A stretch of 64,000 nucleotides of DNA from an uncultured delta proteobacterium (GTDB lineage Bacteria > Desulfobacterota > BSN033 > UBA1163), in NCBI GenBank assembly GCA_963827685.1, contig CAWHBU010000002.1:960001-1024000 (forward strand), read 5' to 3'. Shown here piece after piece: positions 48,366-56,398 of the stretch (the stretch's first letter is position 1; each line of letters opens with the position of its first letter). The translations under genes were made by a program, and so were the position numbers. The notes beneath the pieces were generated by a model that did no database searches, had not been told where the DNA came from, and saw only the letters and a program-made list of their open reading frames with translations.

Positions 48366-49052
48366 TTATTTGAATAAGTTATACTTGATAATCCAGTAAA
48401 GGGCTGCCAGTCCATCCTTCCAACTAATTTTTTTACCCTCGCTATAATCCCGCCCCCAGTAGGAGATAGGGACTTCATAAATGCGGCAGCCCATTTTAGC
48501 AATCTTGGCGGTAATTTCTGGTTCAAAGCCAAAGCGGTTACTTTTGATTTCTACTTTCTTAAGTATTTCGGATCGAAAAACCTTATAACCCGTCTCCATA
48601 TCAGAGAGATTTAAATCGGTGAGAATATTCGATAAGATGGTGATGATCCGGTTTCCTAAGGCATGCCAGAAAAAAAGAACCCGATGGGGTCCTCCCAAAA
48701 ATCGGGAGCCATAGACAACATCAGCCTTTCCCTCAAGGAGAGGGGTGAGCAGCCGAGGGTATTCAGAGGGATTATACTCTAAATCAGCGTCCTGAATAAT
48801 CACAAAATCTCCGGTGATCCGAGTAATGGCTGTGCGAATGGAAGCTCCCTTCCCCTGATTAAATTTATGGGAAAGCACAATAATCCCATCTCCCTCGATT
48901 TTTTTAAGGACCTCAAAGGTCCCATCGGTAGAACAATCATCCACAACGATGATCTCTTTATCATAAGGAGTTTCCTGAACCCTTTTAACCACCTCAAGGA
49001 TGGTACCCGCCTCATTATAGACCGGAATGATGATTGAGACCTTCATATTCAT
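48366..49052 (-). CDS. GT2 glycosyltransferase (polyprenol-phosphate sugar synthase-like)
   Basis: IIPVYNE, VDDCSTDGT, NQGKG, QDADLEY, VYGSRF, DMETGYK, FGFEPE. Confidence 0.92.
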   Translation of the reverse strand: MNMKVSIIIPVYNEAGTILEVVKRVQETPYDKEIIVVDDCSTDGTFEVLKKIEGDGIIVLSHKFNQGKGASIRTAITRITGDFVIIQDADLEYNPSEYPRLLTPLLEGKADVVYGSRFLGGPHRVLFFWHALGNRIITILSNILTDLNLSDMETGYKVFRSEILKKVEIKSNRFGFEPEITAKIAKMGCRIYEVPISYWGRDYSEGKKISWKDGLAALYWIIKYNLFK

Positions 49053-49058
49053 TTTCTT

Positions 49059-49766
49059 CTAACCTTTCTCTCCGACGACAATGAGGGATTGTCCCACCAG
49101 GGTGGGAATAATTCTTTCCATCAAGATAAAGAGAGGGACCAGTTTGTTAAATATCCCGATTTGCCTTGCTGGCAAAAGGCGCCTTCTCAAGAGGGTCCCA
49201 TTGACAAACCATCCCAATATACCAAAAAAATTGAAATATTTTGAGGAACAGATCCTGAAACCATTCCGCGTGAGCTTTTGGGCCAGTTCTGATCTACTGT
49301 ATCGCCGAAAGTGGCCGAGTTCCTTATCCAGAAGATTGTAAAGAACCTTTAAGGCAGGGGCCAATAGAATGAGTCTTCCCCCTTCGGGGAGTAACTGAAA
49401 AAACTTCTTTAATACAGTATCATCTTTCTCTATATGTTCAAGAACATTGGAGCAGAGGATGGTATCGATTGGTATACTAAAATTCTTGGGAGGGTCCTGC
49501 TCAATATCCCAGAGAAGAACCCCCTTCAGATTAGGATTGTGTCGAAATTTGTTTTCAACCGTTTGAAGGTAGCCTTCATTCACATCGGCTGCAATCACCC
49601 TCCCCTGACTCAACAGCAATTCCGTCAAATTACCAATTCCACACCCCATTTCAAGGATATCTTCGCCTAAGTAGGGCCTGATTTTCTCGAAGATCCATTG
49701 ATGATAGGCGTCAGCCCCTTCCAAGATGAACAAGGTTAATGTATTCGTTTTTTCGGTATTTTTCAT
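49059..49766 (-). CDS. Class I SAM-dependent methyltransferase
   Basis: ILEMGCGIG, NVLEHI, GHFRRY. Confidence 0.9.
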   Translation of the reverse strand: MKNTEKTNTLTLFILEGADAYHQWIFEKIRPYLGEDILEMGCGIGNLTELLLSQGRVIAADVNEGYLQTVENKFRHNPNLKGVLLWDIEQDPPKNFSIPIDTILCSNVLEHIEKDDTVLKKFFQLLPEGGRLILLAPALKVLYNLLDKELGHFRRYSRSELAQKLTRNGFRICSSKYFNFFGILGWFVNGTLLRRRLLPARQIGIFNKLVPLFILMERIIPTLVGQSLIVVGEKG

Positions 49767-52411
49767 TCCAACTTAGTATTGGGTTTTCGGGGGATCAGAT
49801 AAATGACAGCACAACCTATGATTCCCAGAAGAGTTACCGCAGCACCTAGTTTAAAGCTCAAGGGGTCATAAACAAACTCAACCCGGTGTGTCCCGGCATT
49901 TAGAGGTATTGCTCTGAATGTATAATCAGCCCTATATATCTTTGTTTTTTTACCATCCACAAAGGCCTTCCACCCGGGATAGTAAGTCTTGCTTAATACC
50001 AATAAGCTATCTTCCGGAGCCTTCACCTGAAGGCCTAATCCGTTATTGCTCTCTGAAATGATTTCGACCTTTTGAGAGAGCTCCTGCTTACCGTAGGCAG
50101 GCACTGGCGGCTCTCCTACGTCATTTGTTCTTCGTAGGGGCGGCCCTCTGTGGCCGCCTTTGTTTTGAGTGCCAGAGAGGGGTTCCTTTAATCCCCCCAA
50201 CGTCCCTTTGGCAAGGGGGGGTCGAGGGGGATTTATCCATTTGGGTTTTTCTTCAAGAAAAACCTCCCGACCGGGACGAAATTCTTTCTGAATCATCATC
50301 AAAAGCATTGTCTGTGGGTCCATGACCTTGAATTTCTTCACAAGCCACGCTCTCGGGAAGGGTCTGCGATTTTTGTATAATTTAATTGTATTTTCTTTGA
50401 GAAGGACCTTCCTTTTCCCTTCAAGTCCCTCAAGCCTTGCGTAGATCAATTCAAATCGAGGGTCTCCCTCTAAAGGCGTGACTGAGACAACATATTTTAT
50501 CCCATAGAGGTCAATGATATTAGTAGCAGAGATTGATGAAGCACCGGTAAATGCTCTATAAAGATCATCCACTCTTTTTACTCGAATCACATCAATTCCC
50601 CATATATTATTCAATCGGTATGGCAGATTCATGGATGGGAGATGTTTTTCTTTCATATGATCAAGAGGTGAGGTGCTGTCGATTTTTATAACCGTATCCA
50701 TTGAAATAGTCTTTTCTGTCGTAAATATCCTGAAATGCCCTTTATCGGAAGAGATTGTTTCTAAAATCTTTGTCTTCTGGAAGTAGTCCAAAGTTTTTTC
50801 CTTCCCATAAAAACCCATATTCCCGAAGAGGTCTGTCATTAGAAAGATAAGCAACAAAACCTTCACCCAGCCTTTCCATCTTACCTCGTAACCGACTCTC
50901 AGCAAGAGAAAGAAAAGGGCAAGGTAGAAAAGAAATCTCTGCGCATGATGAAGGTTAAAAGCGAGGGGGTTGAAGTCAGGAAAATCGATCCCCTTCAATC
51001 TCAGAAAATCTTCCACTTCTTTGTGCCCAAGGGCAGAAAAAAGAAGAAGTGAGCCAGATATGAGGGAAAATATGATGAGAAGGTGTTTTAACCTTTTTTT
51101 CTCGTTATCCTTTGAATATTCTGATAATTTCTGGAACCCCAGACCTGCCGTGATGGAGAGGACAAGAATAAAAATGTAGAGAAATTTGGCAGGATACCGG
51201 ATCCCATTAAAAAACGGCACATACCTAAATACAAAGGTGTATAAAGGGTTATATTTCCCGAGAGACAAAAGAAGTGAAAAGAGCATTAAAGCAAGATAGA
51301 GCTTTCGATCTTTCCCAAATCCCCTCGCCTCATCCCTCTCCCCAGAGGAAGAGCGGGGCCACTCCTTAATCCCCTCTCCTCTTTGGGCGAGAAGGGCAGG
51401 GTGAGGGACGAGAAAGAAGATTAGGCTTAAAATAAAAGGAAGCCCTCCTGTATAGAGGGTTTTGAACCAGCATTGGGATATCCAATATTTTTTCATGTCC
51501 AAAAAATAACCATAGACATCGGGGAGGAAGAATAAGAGAACATCTTTAGGCGCAAAACTCCATATCGTCGCTTCCAGATAGGATATCCCGTTTCCTCTGA
51601 TGGAATGATGAAATAATTCAACAAAAGGGAAGAGTTGAATAGCAGAAAGAGATAAGAATAGAATGGATACGATAAAGAGACTTCTTATTCGTCTCCAACA
51701 AATGGGAAAGATATAAAGGAATTTGTAGCGTCGGGGTTTATCCCCGACGAATTTAGTATATGGAAAAGGTGAAAAAATCACCATGATGAAGAGAACCAAA
51801 AAATTACCATAGACAATTTCTATTCCTCCGCCTAAGAAAGAAAGCGTAATCAAAAGAGCGGTAAAAATTTCGTTTTTGAAACCCCGCCCATTGATCGCCC
51901 TCCTGAAAAACATCATGATCAAAGGCGTCCAGATACTCGAAAGAAGAATGGTGAGAAGGCTGTGAACCGACAAGAGGTAACCGCTGAGCATGAAGATCAA
52001 ACCGGAAATGAGAGCCCCTGCTGAATTGACCTTTAAGTCTTTAAGAAAAAGATAGGTGAATAATCCTCCCAGAAAGAAGTGAAGAATGATGATGGCATTG
52101 AAGGCTATATCAAACGGAAAAAGGAAGAAAAGGCTGTTTAAGGGGTAGAGCATTCCATGCTGAGGATTTGCAAGGAAGGGTTGGCCGGAGAATTGATAGG
52201 GATTCCATAGAGGGAAACTTCCATGCTTGATGCTTTCGACCCAGAAGAATCGCGGTGGAATGAAATAGGGACCTAAATCCCTTTCTATGAGGAGAAACCT
52301 TTTCTCAAGGAGGTCATAAAAAAAGAACAGGGATAAAAAGAAAAGGGCCAGAACAGCCAAGAAATCTGGTGATCTGACCCATTTTATTTTCCCTTTTAAC
52401 GTTTCTATCAC
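49763..52411 (-). CDS. YfhO-family GT-C membrane glycosyltransferase
   Basis: PLWNPYQFSGQPFLANPQ, YP, RYP.KF, C-terminal YYPGWKAFVDG...FRAI...H.V.F.Y.P. Confidence 0.87.
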   Translation of the reverse strand: MIETLKGKIKWVRSPDFLAVLALFFLSLFFFYDLLEKRFLLIERDLGPYFIPPRFFWVESIKHGSFPLWNPYQFSGQPFLANPQHGMLYPLNSLFFLFPFDIAFNAIIILHFFLGGLFTYLFLKDLKVNSAGALISGLIFMLSGYLLSVHSLLTILLSSIWTPLIMMFFRRAINGRGFKNEIFTALLITLSFLGGGIEIVYGNFLVLFIMVIFSPFPYTKFVGDKPRRYKFLYIFPICWRRIRSLFIVSILFLSLSAIQLFPFVELFHHSIRGNGISYLEATIWSFAPKDVLLFFLPDVYGYFLDMKKYWISQCWFKTLYTGGLPFILSLIFFLVPHPALLAQRGEGIKEWPRSSSGERDEARGFGKDRKLYLALMLFSLLLSLGKYNPLYTFVFRYVPFFNGIRYPAKFLYIFILVLSITAGLGFQKLSEYSKDNEKKRLKHLLIIFSLISGSLLLFSALGHKEVEDFLRLKGIDFPDFNPLAFNLHHAQRFLFYLALFFLLLRVGYEVRWKGWVKVLLLIFLMTDLFGNMGFYGKEKTLDYFQKTKILETISSDKGHFRIFTTEKTISMDTVIKIDSTSPLDHMKEKHLPSMNLPYRLNNIWGIDVIRVKRVDDLYRAFTGASSISATNIIDLYGIKYVVSVTPLEGDPRFELIYARLEGLEGKRKVLLKENTIKLYKNRRPFPRAWLVKKFKVMDPQTMLLMMIQKEFRPGREVFLEEKPKWINPPRPPLAKGTLGGLKEPLSGTQNKGGHRGPPLRRTNDVGEPPVPAYGKQELSQKVEIISESNNGLGLQVKAPEDSLLVLSKTYYPGWKAFVDGKKTKIYRADYTFRAIPLNAGTHRVEFVYDPLSFKLGAAVTLLGIIGCAVIYLIPRKPNTKLE

Positions 52412-52473
52412 AGGGAACTGATCTTACTCATTCCTTCCCAAGAAATCTCAATGACTGATTCCAAATGGTCTTG

Positions 52474-52875
52474 TCACCATGTTGCGAATGTCCCGGTGCC
52501 AGCGGTGATTCTGCCAAGGGTAGTCGGAGCACCGGGTGTGGGAGTGAGTGTAAACGTGTAAACATTCCCCCCTGCCGTCATGGTAAAGCGCGTTACGGCT
52601 GCAGTCCAGCTGATCCCTCTTAAACCAGCCGACATACTGTTGGCAATAACACGCATGGTGTATGTAGCAGTAGTCCGTCCCAAGACGCGTTGACTGAACA
52701 GTAAGGTATTTTGGCTTCTGAGTGCGCCAAGCACCCCTCTTGCTACCCCATCCGAAGCCCTCCGCTTTAAATCCACATACCTTGGGATGGCCACCCCCGC
52801 CAAAATACCAAGAACTACAATGATAATGATCAACTCAATTGTTGTAAACCCTATCTGGATTCTCGCTATCCTCAC
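52474..52875 (-). CDS. MshA/MshB-like pilin 3 (basic paralog)
   Basis: G|FTTIELIIIIVVLGILAGVAIPRYVDL; homologous over full length to pilins 1 and 2. Confidence 0.88.
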   Translation of the reverse strand: MRIARIQIGFTTIELIIIIVVLGILAGVAIPRYVDLKRRASDGVARGVLGALRSQNTLLFSQRVLGRTTATYTMRVIANSMSAGLRGISWTAAVTRFTMTAGGNVYTFTLTPTPGAPTTLGRITAGTGTFATW

Positions 52876-52957
52876 TGCTCAAAATAATCCTCTGCTTTTC
52901 CCAATGTAGGGTATCATACAGCAGCACCTTTTAACAAAATAAGCCTACATTCTTCTA

Positions 52958-53350
52958 TTACCAGGTAACTGTTGCTGGACAGTATATGGTTGCCGGAGTA
53001 GTAGGCGCCCCAGGGTTACTCGGGTTAAGCGAAAAAAGATAATTATTGCCCCCGACCGTCACTGTAATGCTCGTAGCACCTATGGCATACGTAACACCTT
53101 GAAGTTGGGCAGAAGCAACGATAGAAGTCCAATCATAAGCAGTTCCCGTACCTCCAATTAAACGGGATGCAAACAAGAGGCTGTTCGCGCCTCTAAGCCC
53201 ACCCAGCACACCCCTCGCCGTAGCATTGGACGCAGCTGTTGTCAAATCTACGTATGTCGGAATGGCCACGGCTGCCAAGATTCCGATGATCACGATGATT
53301 ACGATCAACTCAATCAACGTAAAACCTTTCTGATTTCTCAGCATTTTCAA
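52958..53350 (-). CDS. MshA-like major pilin 2
   Basis: NQKG|FTLIELIVIIVIIGILAAVAIPTYVDL; AGGAGG RBS. Confidence 0.92.
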   Translation of the reverse strand: MKMLRNQKGFTLIELIVIIVIIGILAAVAIPTYVDLTTAASNATARGVLGGLRGANSLLFASRLIGGTGTAYDWTSIVASAQLQGVTYAIGATSITVTVGGNNYLFSLNPSNPGAPTTPATIYCPATVTW

Positions 53351-53374
53351 ATCCTCCTGTCAATCAATCTTTCG

Positions 53375-53764
53375 CTACCACGTAACTGTTGCTGGACAGT
53401 ATATGGTTGCCGGAGTAGTAGGCGCCCCAGGGTTATTCGGGTTAAGCGAAAAAAGATAATTATTGGCCCCAACCGTCACTGTAATGCTCGTAGCACCGGC
53501 TATGACATACGTAACACCTTGAAGTTGGGCAGAAGCAAGGATAGAAGTCCAATCATAAGCAGTTCCCGTACCTCCAATTAAACGGGATGCAAACAAGAGG
53601 CTGTTTGCGCCTCTCAGGCCACCCAGGATTCCTCTTGCTGTTCCATTGGAGGCTGCCGTGGTCAAGTCTACATATGTTGGAATAGCCACGGCTGCCAAGA
53701 TTCCGATAATAACGATAATTACAATCAACTCAATTAATGTAAAGCCCTTCTGATTTTTAAGCAT
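53375..53764 (-). CDS. MshA-like major pilin 1
   Basis: NQKG|FTLIEL...AIPTYVDL; AAGGAG RBS; first gene after the sigma54 promoter. Confidence 0.92.
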   Translation of the reverse strand: MLKNQKGFTLIELIVIIVIIGILAAVAIPTYVDLTTAASNGTARGILGGLRGANSLLFASRLIGGTGTAYDWTSILASAQLQGVTYVIAGATSITVTVGANNYLFSLNPNNPGAPTTPATIYCPATVTW

Positions 53765-53863
53765 TTTTTTTCTCCTTTCAAGACGTTATCTTAATTCATA
53801 AAATTTAATACTTATTAATTTAATAGCAGCCGGAAAATACTTTGTCAAGTAAATTTATTTATG

Positions 53864-53879
53864 AGCAATATCTATGCCA
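53864..53879 (-). promoter_or_regulatory. Sigma54 promoter of the pilin operon
   Basis: TGGCATAGATATTGCT is GG-N10-GC about 100 bp upstream of pilin 1; palindrome GACAATTTTTGTC near 53993-54005 is a candidate activator site. Confidence 0.8.
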
Positions 53880-54042
53880 CTAAACTAAATATTCTTAAAA
53901 TCATTAGACTCAAAAAAACTAATAACTTTAAATAGTTAATCAACGATGCGTGTACGATTTGCAGTTCTTGAATGATTAGAATCCCAAGAATAGACAATTT
54001 TTGTCAGATATTTTAAAAAAATGTCCGTTTTCTTCTCTCCCA

Positions 54043-55107
54043 TCAGTAGACATGCTCGCCCCTCACTTTAATTAACTGTGCAACAATGCTGACTGCGATC
54101 TCTTCGGGAGTTTCGGAATTGATGTCAAGTCCGATGGGCGCATGAACTCGATTCAATGCCTCTTTGGAGATTCCCTTTTTCCTCAAATTCTGATAAAGAG
54201 TCTTGATTTTCTTCTTTGAACCGATCATTCCAATATAGGGGGCGTTCGTTTTGACTGCCTGTTCCAGTACGAAACCATCAAAGAGATGTCCCCGAGTGAC
54301 GATGACCATATAAGAGGAATCATCAATGTTAAGTCGGTCGAAACAGCTCTCAAATTCTGATACGATGACTTCATCAGCCTCTGGAAAACGCTCCCGATTA
54401 GCAAACATCTCCCGATCATCAATGACGACAACTTTGAAATGAACTCTCTTCACAAGGGGAGCCAATTGCTCAGAAATATGACCTCCTCCAAAGATATAAA
54501 CAGTGGACTCAGAAAAAACGGGCTCCAAGAGTATTTCCGCCTTTCTATTTTCAGAACTTAGAACCAACACCTTCGGTTTCTTCTCTCTTACCATTAACTC
54601 GCCTTCACCTAAAATCTTCTTCTCCAATTCCACTCCACCTAACAAGGAACCGACTTTTTCTCCAGAGGTCTTCATCAATATCTTCCAACCTCCCTCCTTG
54701 GGAAAATCACCCTCCACCGAGACCAGCGTGGCCAGGATGGCTGATCCTCCTTTCTGTCTTATCCTTGCCACTTCCTGATAGATATTTAAAAAACCTTCTT
54801 TAAGAGGTTCCAAAAAGATATCAATATTCCCTCCGCAGATCAGCCCACCTTCTGCCAATTGCTCAGACGTCAGCTCAAAATGGAGGATCCTTCCTCCACC
54901 TTTCTCCATCACCTTTTGAGCCTCTTGCCAGACTTCTGCCTCAACGCATCCTCCTCCAATAGAGCCGACAGAGGATCCGTCTGCCTTGATTAAATATTTC
55001 GCACCTACTGCCCTGGGAGCAGAACCCACGCGGGTGACGAGTGTGGCAAGTGCCAACTTCTCCTTCTTCCCAAGAGATTTCACAATTTCAGAATAGACGT
55101 CCTGCAC
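54043..55107 (-). CDS. xdhC: XdhC/CoxI family Mo-hydroxylase maturation protein
   Basis: GSAPR, GSIGGGCVE, ICGG, FGGGHI, VTRGH, YIGMIGS, APIGLDI..ETPEEIAVSI. Confidence 0.9.
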   Translation of the reverse strand: MQDVYSEIVKSLGKKEKLALATLVTRVGSAPRAVGAKYLIKADGSSVGSIGGGCVEAEVWQEAQKVMEKGGGRILHFELTSEQLAEGGLICGGNIDIFLEPLKEGFLNIYQEVARIRQKGGSAILATLVSVEGDFPKEGGWKILMKTSGEKVGSLLGGVELEKKILGEGELMVREKKPKVLVLSSENRKAEILLEPVFSESTVYIFGGGHISEQLAPLVKRVHFKVVVIDDREMFANRERFPEADEVIVSEFESCFDRLNIDDSSYMVIVTRGHLFDGFVLEQAVKTNAPYIGMIGSKKKIKTLYQNLRKKGISKEALNRVHAPIGLDINSETPEEIAVSIVAQLIKVRGEHVY

Positions 55108-55356
55108 AATCCTAATCCCCTAATCTTCGAGGTCTTGCGGAGGCTTCGCTTGTGGAGGAATCCCCCGCCTGTTGATACGAAAAAAGCATTCCCATTATAA
55201 CAGCTTCTCCCAATATTTTGAAGGGTATTTCCGATCAAGATTTCTTTACTTATTCCCTCTTTTTCTAAGGGCCTGCCCTTTTCCAGAACTTAATTGGGAC
55301 AAGAGTGATACCAAACACAAGCTTATACAGATAGCGAATATTTCTCTTCATCATGC

Positions 55357-56058
55357 CTATCGCCAGTAAACAGTCTCGGCAATAACCTGCGCCATATAGC
55401 CCAGTCCCCACCGGATGACCTGAAGTTTTCGTTCGCCACCAATTCTTTTCGGCTCATCACCGGGGATTTCCGTTACTTTCAATTTGCGTTTTGCACATCT
55501 CACCGACAAGATCGGTTCCCAGCTCAGATTGGTCCAAAAAACATTCTCCGGCCAATATGTCTCGTTTCTGTGTAAATCCAATGTCTTGATGAGATCCTTT
55601 TTGTACGCACGGAATATGACCATCGCATCAGTGTAAGAACTGCCATGGAGTATATTAATTGTTTTGGTGAAAAGCCAGTTCCCAAATCGTGTAATAGAAT
55701 TATCGTCTTTGCTGGTTGCATCCCCGAGATACCGGGAAGCAATGACCATATCGTATCCTTCTTCCATTTTTTCTCTTAATTGAGGAATCAGCTCAGGTAT
55801 GGAGTTCCCGTCAGGGCTGAAGGTCATCACGATATCCCCTTCAATGAGATCATAAATCTCCATATAGGCGTTTCGCATGCCCTTTTTCTTTTGAAGATAT
55901 ACGGGATAGCCGTTCTCCCGAAGGTATTCTATTGTCCCATCCGTCGAATTTCCATCGACAATAATCAATTGGTCATACCATTCATCTCTGATTTTCGGCA
56001 TTATTTCTCGAACACCGTCGATCTCGTTTAGCGTTGGGACGATCAACGTATACTTCAT
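55357..56058 (-). CDS. GT2 glycosyltransferase
   Basis: IVPTLNE, VDGNSTDGT, SPDGN, VIASRY, EIPGDEP.RIGG. Confidence 0.88.
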   Translation of the reverse strand: MKYTLIVPTLNEIDGVREIMPKIRDEWYDQLIIVDGNSTDGTIEYLRENGYPVYLQKKKGMRNAYMEIYDLIEGDIVMTFSPDGNSIPELIPQLREKMEEGYDMVIASRYLGDATSKDDNSITRFGNWLFTKTINILHGSSYTDAMVIFRAYKKDLIKTLDLHRNETYWPENVFWTNLSWEPILSVRCAKRKLKVTEIPGDEPKRIGGERKLQVIRWGLGYMAQVIAETVYWR

Positions 56059-56340
56059 ATCATCACACCCTGAGTGCCATGCTCATTATCGTACTTTTTT
56101 TCATGAAACATCATTATATGAATGGAGAGCAGAATTTCCAGTATCGTAAAAGCAAGCCCCCAGTAGAATGAAGCAGGGATGTATCAGAATGCTATCCTGT
56201 GAATGTCTTTTGGAACTTAAACCGCTCGAAAGGCAAGATTTGCTCGGTAAATTTTGGTTTCCTTCCAATCGACATAGGCACGCCATCCTCGATACCATGT
56301 ATCGGCCATATGAGACCCGGACAGGGATCCCGCAAACCTG
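56055..56340 (-). pseudogene. 3' remnant of a YfhO-family gene
   Basis: ADTWYRGWRAYVDWKETKIYRANLAFRAV*VPKDIHRIAF*YIPASFYWGL aligns to the C-terminus of 49763-52411; two internal stops; ends in ATGA overlap with GT2. Confidence 0.8.
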
Positions 56341-56398
56341 CTCGACGCCCTTTCAGGAATTCTCTGTCGATTCCCTTTTTCCTTATGGCCATTGATGC

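Noticed and set aside
52958-53764. Diversity-generating retroelement template/variable repeat pair
   Set aside because: No reverse transcriptase in the window, differences are not adenine-specific, and both copies are full genes with RBSs.
53375-53764. Geobacter-type conductive (e-pili) pilin
   Set aside because: Mature pilin is 122 aa with 10 aromatics (about 8%) and lacks Tyr27, so it does not fit the short aromatic-dense type.
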